This document shows, one piece after another, positions 25,198-34,314 of a stretch of 64,000 nt of DNA. Each line of letters begins with the position of its first letter. The first letter of the stretch is position 1. The notes under the pieces were generated by a model. It was given only the letters and a program-made list of their open reading frames with translations. It was not told the origin of the DNA and ran no database searches. The translations under genes were made by a program, and so were the position numbers. The DNA comes from Hyaloraphidium curvatum SAG 235-1 (taxonomy: Eukaryota > Fungi > Monoblepharomycota), in NCBI GenBank assembly GCA_025558095.1, contig JAIVFI010000015.1, positions 558,001 to 622,000 on the forward strand, in the 5' to 3' direction.

Positions 25198-25815
25198 TCA
25201 GAACGGGGCAGGCCAGTCCGGTCCATTCTCCAGAACCCTGCTCTTCGGCACCGGTCCCCCGTCCTTCTTGTCCAAGGCGTCCCAAACGTGTACCCAGACC
25301 CGGAACGCGAGGTAAGTGCAGTCGCCGTGCTCCTCCCGGAAGCCCGCACCGGGATCGAGGATGCCCTCACTGGTTGCGAACTTCGGGAAGCCCAGGCCAA
25401 CCCCGTCTGCGCCGAAGATGCAGTTGTCCAGGGTCAAAGTCGGCGAGCTGTCGTACGGGGAGCCGAAGCCGACCTTGGCCAGCGCCGCCGCGGTCACGAG
25501 CTGCAGGAAGAGGCTCACCCGCTCGGCCGCGTCCGCGGGGTACTCGACGAGGAGGATCCAGGTGGCTCTGCCAATGCTGAAATTGCGAGAAAAGTAGCAG
25601 GTTCCATTTGGGCCCGTTTCGCTGGTGCCGTTGGCGGTCACGGCCTTCACGTTCGGCAGCGCCGTGGGCGGCAGGCTCCCCTTTTGTCCAATGGGAATGC
25701 GCACGACCACACTACTGGCCCTCAGGCGCGCCTCCAGAATCTTGATCTGCTGCCTGTGGGCCTGGTCAGACGCGAAGAGGGCGTTCTCAAGGTTGAAGAT
25801 CTTGGAGGCGCTCGC
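25198..25815 (-). pseudogene. Coiled-coil + MATH domain fragment, truncated paralog of the gene at 60644-62050
   Basis: SASKIFNLENAL..VVRIPIG..W.LLVEYP..VSLFLQL..LGFPKF..LAFRVWVHV.DAL.KKDGG..PDW.APF aligns by eye with ORF 61319-62050. RING and zinc fingers are absent. Confidence 0.75.
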
Positions 25816-26234
25816 GACGACGATCAGCTGCTTTCGTCGGCCGTCGGATCCATACGCCCATCCCGTGGGGCCAGGGCCTTTCTGGAGAGCGTCGGGAGGG
25901 CCGCGGCAGAGAGCAGGCGCATCCGGAGCGCGGAAGCCGGCGCGGCCGCGGCGGAGACGCCGCGGCCGCATCCCCTGAACCTCTGCGATTGGGTCCGGAG
26001 CTGGTGGGCGCTGGAGGAGGCATGGAAGGAGCTGGAGGCCAAGCACAAGTTCGCGAGGTCGGACGAGGCCATGCTCTCCCTCTGGAGAAGGAAGTAGGTC
26101 TTGTTGAATCTGTGTCGCGTGTCTATACCCGCGCAATTGCGCAACCTGTACCCGAAACCTTGCCCAACCAGGCGAACAAATCCGTCCAGAGACAATCCAC
26201 AAAGCCACGCCGCAGATCCGCCATGACCCACACC

Positions 26235-26278
26235 CCGTCCGCCGATCCGTCCGCCGATCCGTCCGCCGATCCGTCCAC
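26235..26278. repeat. 12-bp tandem repeat CCGTCCGCCGAT (about 3.5 copies)
   Basis: Directly visible: ccgtccgccgat ccgtccgccgat ccgtccgccgat ccgtcca. Confidence 0.9.
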
Positions 26279-26902
26279 TGTGATCACGCGCATTGGCGTG
26301 TTGTGCCGAGCCGCCATCAGGCGCACCCCGAGCCGCCACCGGGCTGCCGCCGGCGGCCGTCCACGGGGGAAAGAACTGGGCGCGAAACGTCATATACGCC
26401 CTGCTGCCCTGTAGCTCGGGGCTTCGCCCCTCGCCCAGACCGCTCGCTGCGCTCGCGGGGGCCGCTCCGCGGCAAAAGCTTGCAGGCAGGTAGCGGCGGG
26501 AGACGTGCGTGCCTGCGGCGGCGGGGTACGTGCCCGCTGGCGCGGGGCTCGCTGGCGCTCGCGGGCCGCTCCGCGGCAAAGCTACATGGCAGGTAGCGCC
26601 GGGGGGAGCGATGCCAGCAGCCAGACGACCTGGAATCAGAGACCATTCGCCGCGCGACCTGGAATCAGTGACCACCAGACTCGGAGGCATGTGGACAGTT
26701 CGGGGAGATCGGACGACGTCGATGGGAGGCAAAAAAGGCAGCTCTAGACCACATGCAAACCAGGTCGCACAACATAGATGTCCAAAGACTTTGGTTTATT
26801 TGAGTTTTAGAGGAAGATAACCTTCCGCGTCAGACTGGTGGCGGACGGGGTGGTTGCACTCCGGAACCTACGGAAATAAGAGAGGAGCAGCTGCTTCGTT
26901 CT

Positions 26903-27639
26903 TTAGCCCGCGCCAGGGCACGAGTTCGGGTCCTTCGCGTAGAACGTGAAGCCGTCCTTGAAGATCCCGGTGGTTGGCTCCGAGCAGGCGCTCCAGCCGT
27001 TGCACGTGCTTTGGCCGTTGTACTCGACGTAAAGGCAGCTCGGGGCGCCGCCGCAGGCCGCCTGGCACGCGGCCAGGGTGTCGGCGCTGCCGAGGCTGAG
27101 GGGGTCCCCGTCGCCGCACCCGGTGTTGGCCCCACCGCACTGCGTGAAGGTGGGGGCGGCGTAGCGGCGGTACAGGGCGCCCTGGGAGCCGTAGGTGACG
27201 CAGGCTACCGAGTTGGCCGGGGCATCGGGGTACGCGTATTCGCCTGGGCGCGGGTGGTGGGGAATGACGACGGGGAGCAAGTCAAGGGCGGAGAGGGATC
27301 GCCGTGGGCAGCACCGCTGTTAGCTCGCGTCGGGGGAAGAGCGGCCGGCAACGTACAGAAGGATGACGCGGGGCAGCCGCCGCAGCCGCGCCTGAACAGC
27401 ACGGCAGTGGGGGCTTGATCAGCCGTCTTGGCGCCCACGGGGCTGACGCGCGGCCGGGGTGCGGATCGTCGCGGCGGACGATGGAGGGAGGCCAGGGCAA
27501 CGCGCACACGGTTCCCCGAGCAAAGTCAGCGCCGCGGAGGGGGGATGTCGGGGGCAATCAATCACCTCGCGGCTGCGCCGGTCAGCACGGCGGAGAGGGC
27601 GAACATCGCCGCCAGCAGAAAGAAGTTCCCGCGGGCCAT
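26903..27639 (-). CDS. Small secreted Cys-rich protein with C-terminal PAN/apple domain
   Basis: Signal peptide MARGNFFLLAAMFALSAVLTGAAA. The last exon reads TLAACQAACGGAPSCLYVEYNGQSTCNGWSAC. Spliced. Confidence 0.7.
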
Positions 27640-28308
27640 GTCGCAATCGTCGTCGCTGGCTTTCGTTCTCGACTGTCGGAGTGGCGCAGGGCGATTCCGC
27701 GTGTCGGAGAACACCAATCGTTGACGGCGGTGCAATTCGCTCGCATCGGGCTCATTGCCGCCGAGCCGCACCTCATGGTCCCTTGCGGGCTTGCCGCACC
27801 CGAGGCCCGAGTCTGTTCGCAACCCATAGCCACCCTTCGAGTGGGAAGGGGCACCAAAATTGAAAGCATGATGATCGGACCGTCCAGGAGGTGCACTTGG
27901 GCGCGGAGGACGGCAAGAGACGAGTGCCCGTTTATGGGGCCGCACCGAGGCCCAGGCCCGGCAACCGCCCGTTCTGCCCTTGCGCACAGACCAAAAGACC
28001 AGTCCACAAACCCCAAGACCCGCCGAGCACAGGCTCTCGCGGTCTGATCGACATACGTCCGCAATCCGTACCCGTTCGAGTGGAAATGGTCCGCCGAACA
28101 CTGCATCGGGTTTGTGAATGTCCGAGATCGGGCGGCAGGAGGCGAAGAAAGAGCAGCAAAACGCAGTTTCTATGGATGAACAGTTCCAGGCAGTCGGACT
28201 AAAAGCACTCGCAAAGCGGATCGAGACTTCCATGACCTTGATCGAGAGGCGCGGGGCCGCCACGCATGTCTGTCCACGACAGCAGTCCCCTCCCCAAAAG
28301 GGAGGAGA

Positions 28309-29426
28309 TCAACCACCCACGGCCACGCCGAACGCCCTGCCGACGCCGTACGTGACCGCCATGGCCAGCCAGCCCCCCAACAGCACCCTGATGGCGGCCC
28401 GCAGCGGCGGCGCACCCCCCAAAACGGCCCCCATGGTCCCGAAGAATGCCAGCGCGAGGCTCGAGACGCCGATAATTGTCAGCAGCCTCGCCAGAAAGTT
28501 GTGTATGAAGCTCCCCGCGAGGAGCGGTATCGCCGCTCCGACGGAGAAGCTCAGCGCGCTCGTCCACGCGGCCTGGAACGGCCTCGACAGCGCGCCGACG
28601 TCGATCCCCAGCTCGTCCCTGGCGTGGTGCTCGACAATCTCGTCGATGGACTTGGCGTGGATCTCCTCGGCCACCTGGCGCGCGAGCTCGGGGCGCAGGC
28701 CGCGGTTGATGTAGATGGCCACGAGCTCCTCGAGCTCGGCGCGGCGGTGGTCGGGGCCCTTGAGGAACTCGGCGCGCTCGCGGCGGAGGTCGGCGACTTC
28801 GGCGTCCTTTTGGGAGGAGACGCTGACGTATTCGCCTGGAGGGGGGGGGGGGCGGGGGTCAGACGTGGCCTGATCCGAAATGAAATCGGGGCTGCGATGC
28901 ACGCACCTGCGGCCATGGACAATGCACCGGCCACCATGCCGCTCAGGCCGGTCAGGACCATGAGCTGCAGCTCGTCCGCGCCGCCCGAGACGCCCATCAG
29001 CAGCGAGGCGGTCGACACCAGGCCGTCGTTGGCGCCCAGCACGCACGCCCTCAGCCAGGGTGCCCGCGACGAGTAGTGGCTGTGGCCGTACTGCTCGGTC
29101 GGAAGGTCCTCGATCGGCACCTCCGATCCGGCGTCCGACGCTGGGGGGTTCTCGGGCGACGCCCGGCTGGCCTCGACGTCGCCGGCCGGGTGCGGGGGCT
29201 GCAGGCCGCGCAGCTTGCGCAGCGTGGCGATGCCGAGGATGCCGCCGCCGTCGGGCGCCTTCGCCTCGGGCGCCAGCGTGATGTCCTGCGGCAGCGGCAC
29301 GGCCGACGGGCGCGAGCGCAGCACGGCCGGCGGCGGCGGCGACGGGTCCGCGGCGTCCCCGTCCGCGGCGACCTCCGCAGAAGCGGCGGCCTCCTCCTTC
29401 GATGCCATTTCCGGCTGCTCAGACAT
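28309..29426 (-). CDS. CCC1: VIT1/CCC1 vacuolar iron/manganese transporter
   Basis: RAPWLRACVLGANDGLVSTASL, AGALSMAAGEYVSVSSQKD, HARDELGI, PFQAAWTSALSFSVGA. One intron near 28836-28906. Confidence 0.95.
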
Positions 29427-29574
29427 GGTTGAGTGGGACTTCTCCGTGACTCCTGTTCAGGTGAGTTTTGGCGCAGCGCGAGATCTTGGTCAGCGCCGGA
29501 TCCCAGCTGCCCGGCTCCTCGGCTCAGCTGCTTCGAACCCTCGCATTGCTCTTAAATCGCCTCCCTGACTTCCG

Positions 29575-30498
29575 ATGGCCTCCGATGTGCCGGCCGCCGG
29601 CGGGCCCGGCCCCCCCAAGGAGCTCCCGGCCCCAACCACCGCGACCTACAAGGTCCTCTGGCTCCTCACGTCCCCGCTCCCGCTGCCGACAATTTCCGCC
29701 CTCCTGCCCCCGGGCTACGCGCCAGTCAACCCCCTGCCCGGCCAGGACCCCTGGAACAAGGCCTCCGGCCACCCGCTGTTCCTGGAGCTGGGCGAGGAGG
29801 TCGACTCCGTTGCCTCGGGCTTCATAATCGGGAACTTTGGCGAGGCCAAGATCGAGGTGCCCTCCGTGCTCCCGCCCGGCGCCCCCGCCGAACGGGCGGC
29901 AAAGTGGCCCGGCGGCGCGGGGCTGCTATACAAGCTGCGGATCGACATGGACGCGGGCTTGGTGATGTCCAGCGGGGCCCGATGGGGCTTCGGGCTCGAC
30001 GCGTATTCGTCGCGCATCTCGTGGACCAAGGACTCGAGCGCGCACAGGTACTCGGTGGAGGCGCGGGAGGAGTCCCTCCTGTGGCGCGCCGCCGCGGCGC
30101 CGTTCCGCCTCTTCTCGGGCGCCAAACCCGCGCCGGCGGACCGCACCGTCTACTCCGCGGACCTCAAAGTGGTCGCATCGCTCCCCGGCGTCTCATTCCC
30201 GGACCTCGAGGCCGGCAAGCACCCGGATTTGCCCCCCTGGGCCGCCCCGCTCGCAGCGCGCGTGCGGGCCGCGACCTCGGCCGCGTGGCAGCCCGCCTCT
30301 TCCCCCGAAAAGGTGGCCAGGCACTACTACGACTACCGGTCCGCCAAGATCACGGCGATCGTGGATGGCACGGCCGAGTTTTCGGCGGGGGTGCTGGGGG
30401 GGAAGCTGCCGGCGAAGGTGGCGGTGAGGGGGGTGGAGGTCGAGATCGGGTGGCGGTCGACGTACCCTGCGGGGTTCAAGGAGGCGGGGTTGGAGTGA
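29575..30498 (+). CDS. Hypothetical protein, possibly acetoacetate-decarboxylase-like fold
   Basis: Intact 307-aa ORF with coding bias. ISALLPPGY..HPLFLELG..NFGEAKIEVP is reminiscent of ADC-like proteins. Confidence 0.55.
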   Translation: MASDVPAAGGPGPPKELPAPTTATYKVLWLLTSPLPLPTISALLPPGYAPVNPLPGQDPWNKASGHPLFLELGEEVDSVASGFIIGNFGEAKIEVPSVLPPGAPAERAAKWPGGAGLLYKLRIDMDAGLVMSSGARWGFGLDAYSSRISWTKDSSAHRYSVEAREESLLWRAAAAPFRLFSGAKPAPADRTVYSADLKVVASLPGVSFPDLEAGKHPDLPPWAAPLAARVRAATSAAWQPASSPEKVARHYYDYRSAKITAIVDGTAEFSAGVLGGKLPAKVAVRGVEVEIGWRSTYPAGFKEAGLE

Positions 30499-30975
30499 GC
30501 GCCGACATCGGAGGTTTTTCAATGACGATCGCTGCGGCGTGCGCCTTCTGCCAGTGCGTTGCTCGTCCGGGACCGGTCCACACCGCGGATTAATTGAATC
30601 CGCTGCCGTAGCTCGCCGCGCCTTTCGGATCTAGTATTTTGGCATCATTGGGCTTTGCGCGATTGGTGGGAGGGCGAGGAAAACTGATGGCGATGGCGCT
30701 AAGGGGGGCCCTGGACTTGGGGCCAACGCGTGGATACCAGGACTCGTCGGGCTGCAATAGTGCACCAAGAATGTTTCCGACATGTTTCGAACTTGCACGC
30801 TGAACCCAACAAGAAGCACATCAACACTACGCAAAGATGCACGGCCCCATGCAGGCAAAGGACCTCGATCGGGGCGTTTACTTTTTCCGGGTGCTCCGCA
30901 TTTTGGGAGGCCCGCTGGCTTGTCTGACGGCAACTGAGTCCTGCCATCAGCAGCCCCTTGGCTTAGTCGTCGCAC

Positions 30976-31743
30976 CTAGGTGCGCTTCGCGGTGGTCGTG
31001 CGCTTCCTTGCGGTCGTGCGCTTCTCGGCGGGCGGCAGTCCCACCCAAGGGACGCACGGTGACCCGCGCTGGGCAGGCGGGCAGTTTGCCGCCGTCCTCG
31101 CCGAGGAAATGATGCCCGGGCTGGCGAACGACGAGTATTCGCACGCGTTGCCCTGGACCCTGCACTCGCCCGTGGCGGGGTTGAAGTTGACGGTGTTGCA
31201 GAAGAGTCCTTCCGCGCGGCACGCGTACTCGCAACGCCGCAGGTCCGCCGTGTGCACGATCTTCAGCGGGTGGCCGCAGCACGTGCGGCCGGAGGGGCAG
31301 GCGACGAAAGGGCGCGCACCGGGCGGCGGCGGCGGCGGGGCAGGGCAGCCGACGGCGGGGCACGCGGCGAGGGACGTGCGGAAGATGACGCCGGGGGCCG
31401 AGCGCGTCGACCGCGTGCAGTCCTCGCCGTAGAACCTGCAGTTGCGTGTGGCGGGATCCCAGCTGAAGAAGCTGCAGGAACTGCTCACGGTGCACCCCGA
31501 CTGGCAGGCCTCGGCGGTGGTGGCTGTCGCCCACGACTCCCAGCCATCGCAACAAGTGAGCCCGGTGCCGCAGTCGCGGTAGGTGTAGCAGTCGTGGAAC
31601 AGGCCGCTCGAGTGGGTGTTCGGCGCTACCAGTGCCGCCGCCGTCGCGTTGCCCGGGAGGGCGGGCGCCGTCGCCGTCGCGGTCACTCCGCTCAGCGCCG
31701 CCGCGAGCAGTACCGCCAGCGCGGCGGCCGCGGCGGGCGGCAT
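30976..31743 (-). CDS. Secreted protein with two PAN/apple domains
   Basis: Signal peptide, then TAEACQSGCTVSSSCSFFSWDPATRNCRFY and LRRCEYACRAEGLFCNTVNFNPATGECRV. Confidence 0.8.
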   Translation of the reverse strand: MPPAAAAALAVLLAAALSGVTATATAPALPGNATAAALVAPNTHSSGLFHDCYTYRDCGTGLTCCDGWESWATATTAEACQSGCTVSSSCSFFSWDPATRNCRFYGEDCTRSTRSAPGVIFRTSLAACPAVGCPAPPPPPPGARPFVACPSGRTCCGHPLKIVHTADLRRCEYACRAEGLFCNTVNFNPATGECRVQGNACEYSSFASPGIISSARTAANCPPAQRGSPCVPWVGLPPAEKRTTARKRTTTAKRT

Positions 31744-32138
31744 GGTCGCACCTTCGACGGGGGCTGGTGGCTGATGCGGGCGCCGCTGGGGAGTGGGGGA
31801 CAGCGGCTGATGAGCCGCTTTCGGCCTCATTTCGCGGCTCGGCGACCTCCCACCGACCGCCGACCGCACCCATGGCATCTTTGCGCTTCCTTTTTTCATC
31901 AGCATCTAACATTGTTGGGCTCGATGTGCGCTCGGTAGGACCGCGGGAAGGCCGCTGTCGGCGAGGACGATTGGGCGATGTTTCCGCCGCCCGTGATTCG
32001 ACGCCAAGGTGGGGATTCGTCGAGAGGCTCCTCGGGGTGCAGGTGCGCTTAATTGAATGCTGCATCATCTATTGACGGAGGGTACAAAGCTCCTTGGGCG
32101 ATCCGTGCTCCTCTCCGTCCCGTGCTATTCAAACGCAA

Positions 32139-33581
32139 TCAATCGTACAGCGGACAAAATGACTCGATGGTAAACCTGACGCCTGCGCCCTTGAGCAGCG
32201 TGAACAGGCCCACGCACACGGTGAACAGCGTGACCAGGAGCGCCCTCACGAACCCCGGGCCGACGTCGATCCCCGCCACGCGGGCCGTGTAGGGTGCTCC
32301 GTCCGCGCAGAGGCGGAGCTGGCGGAGCCGCGCGCGCAGCGTCGGGAGGGCGGGGTGCGAGGGGTCGGCGCGGGCGGCGAGGTCGGCAAGCTGCTTCTCG
32401 GCGAGGGCAAAGAGGCGGGTGACCTTGTATACCTGGGCGTTGCTCGCGGTGAAGTTGAGGAGGGCGGCGAGGAGCTCTCCGAAGCCAAAGATGGGGTAAC
32501 CGATAAGCCACATTGGCAGGCAGCTTCCGGTGGAGACGAAGACGATTCCAAAGACGAAAAAAGTCAGGATGACCATCGATGTCGAGGTAATGAACCGTTC
32601 GATGGTGGACAATCTGCCTTGCCACTCCAAGACAAGAAACCCGTGAAGCGAAGTGAACGTCTCTTCCTTGCGAAGGTCGGCACAATCGCCGGCTGATTGG
32701 GCGGGAACCGAGAGCCGGTTACGGAACCGGCCGACGAGGTCTTGCAGGGAGAGGAGAGCAGCTTGGTGGTGCAAACGGAGGGAAAGCTCCAGTGCCTTCA
32801 TCCCCGGTCTGAGGCAAGCAACGCAGACGGAATAACAAAAAGAGTGCAATGTGTTGAGAGCCACGAAAAGCACCGCAAGTGCGGTGCTCCAGCCGGTGGT
32901 CCAAGTCAGCGAAATGTAGGCACCGTACAGAGCGGTCGAAGTGGGCACAAAGCCGCTGACCGCCAAAGCGCCGACCAATTCGTACGCGACCTCGAGCAGC
33001 CGTCCGAGCCCGACGCCTCCGGGCAAGCTCCCCGCACAAGTGGCCGCAGGGCACGGGCATAGGCCGGCGGGGACGTCCGCATCGTGGCGCAGTAGGGAAA
33101 GAGAGGGCTTTCGCCGTGCGAGCTCGGCCCAGAGAGCCAGCTGCGTCAGGGGATGATGCGGCGGGTCCCGAGAATGCCTGAAAGAAGCATCCAAGGACGG
33201 CGCGGCCAGGATGCTTGGCGTTAGACCGACGAGGAAGACCGCGGTTCCTGCAGCAAGCTGAGTCGTTCCGAATACTGGAATAGCGGAGCGGAAAGCCCAG
33301 CCCGTCGCGATGATGAGCGTCATCTCGACCACCAGGAGCGCGGAAACGGTGAGGAGCTGGGTGAGCGGCGCGAGCGCAAACTGGAGGCGCGTGATTCCTC
33401 TGAGGAGGGGGGTGGGGAGCGCGCCCAGCAGCCAGGCGCGGGTACGCGAGACGCGCAGCTCCGCGGCCGGGTCCGCGGGCAGAGGTGCCAGCGGCGATTC
33501 GCTGGCCGGCAGGTCGGGGAAAAGCAGGAGGAATTCGTCGGGAGTGAAGCAGAGAGGCGAAACGGGCTGTGGTGTCTCCAT
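32139..33581 (-). CDS. 7-TM family member (copy B), gustatory-receptor-like/7TM ion channel candidate
   Basis: Intact 480-aa ORF with FTPDEFLLLFP, about 7 hydrophobic segments, HPLTQLALW, CPCPAATCAG, GSCLP, ARVAGIDVGPGFVRALLVTLFT..GLFTLLKGAG..ESFCP. Confidence 0.8.
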   Translation of the reverse strand: METPQPVSPLCFTPDEFLLLFPDLPASESPLAPLPADPAAELRVSRTRAWLLGALPTPLLRGITRLQFALAPLTQLLTVSALLVVEMTLIIATGWAFRSAIPVFGTTQLAAGTAVFLVGLTPSILAAPSLDASFRHSRDPPHHPLTQLALWAELARRKPSLSLLRHDADVPAGLCPCPAATCAGSLPGGVGLGRLLEVAYELVGALAVSGFVPTSTALYGAYISLTWTTGWSTALAVLFVALNTLHSFCYSVCVACLRPGMKALELSLRLHHQAALLSLQDLVGRFRNRLSVPAQSAGDCADLRKEETFTSLHGFLVLEWQGRLSTIERFITSTSMVILTFFVFGIVFVSTGSCLPMWLIGYPIFGFGELLAALLNFTASNAQVYKVTRLFALAEKQLADLAARADPSHPALPTLRARLRQLRLCADGAPYTARVAGIDVGPGFVRALLVTLFTVCVGLFTLLKGAGVRFTIESFCPLYD

Positions 33582-33769
33582 CGTTGCGGGTCCGTGGGCG
33601 CGTGCACAACGCCGCGGGAGGGGCAGTCGGCCGGTGTGTCAACAGGGGGACACAACGCCGTCAGATCGTTTCGGAAGTGTCCTTGGCGGAAGAGGCCAGG
33701 CCGTGGGCGCAGGGCGCCAGGTTGAGTAGACGGGTGGTGGTGGGGCTGTTTCGGCCCATGGCCGTGATA

Positions 33770-34233
33770 CTGTATAGCTCAGAGAGCTTCGAACAACACC
33801 CTCCCTGTGACTCTCCGGACCTCACGTACAGCACGCGATGTGACCGTGACCGTACGAGAAATTTCGTACACGATGCGCCCGTGTGACGCGTGACCGTGTA
33901 CGAGGTTTTGCGGCCGTCCCATTCCTCTCCCCACCGCTTTCGGAAACTGAGGCCGGGGCATTCTCATCATCCAATTGATCCGAATCGGACTCATCGTCTT
34001 CGCTTTGAGAAGCAGAAGACATTGTGGAGGGAGACGTTTCGGTGTTTGGTTGCTTATCGCGTGGAGGACGGGAGATCACGCACTCCGGTTTAGTCACCGC
34101 GATCTGGCCGGCAGTGTGACCAGGGGAATATAATTCGTACAGCTTCTAGAATGACCGTGACACCTGTACGGTAAATTTCGTACAGTTTTTCGGGTTGTGA
34201 CGCGTGATGTTCGAAGCTCTCTGAGCTATACAG
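33770..34233. mobile_element. MITE-like non-autonomous DNA transposon (Tc1/mariner-type TA duplication)
   Basis: Perfect 30-bp inverted repeat GATACTGTATAGCTCAGAGAGCTTCGAACA at 33766-33795 and 34208-34237, with TA at 33768-33769 and 34234-34235. Internal repeated TGACCGTGA / AATTTCGTACA motifs. Lower GC and no transposase. Confidence 0.8.
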
Positions 34234-34314
34234 TATCCGGCCACGGTGTCCACTTCCTCTAGCTGCGGATCTTTGTCTTGTCTTGCTGCGATCTACCAAT
34301 TCCGTCCCGCCAAA

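Noticed and set aside
32139-33581. GPCR identity for the 7-TM family
   Set aside because: No signal peptide or ectodomain and no DRY/NPxxY-like motifs. The last TM sits at the extreme C-terminus with no cytosolic tail, and the loop-length pattern fits N-in topology.
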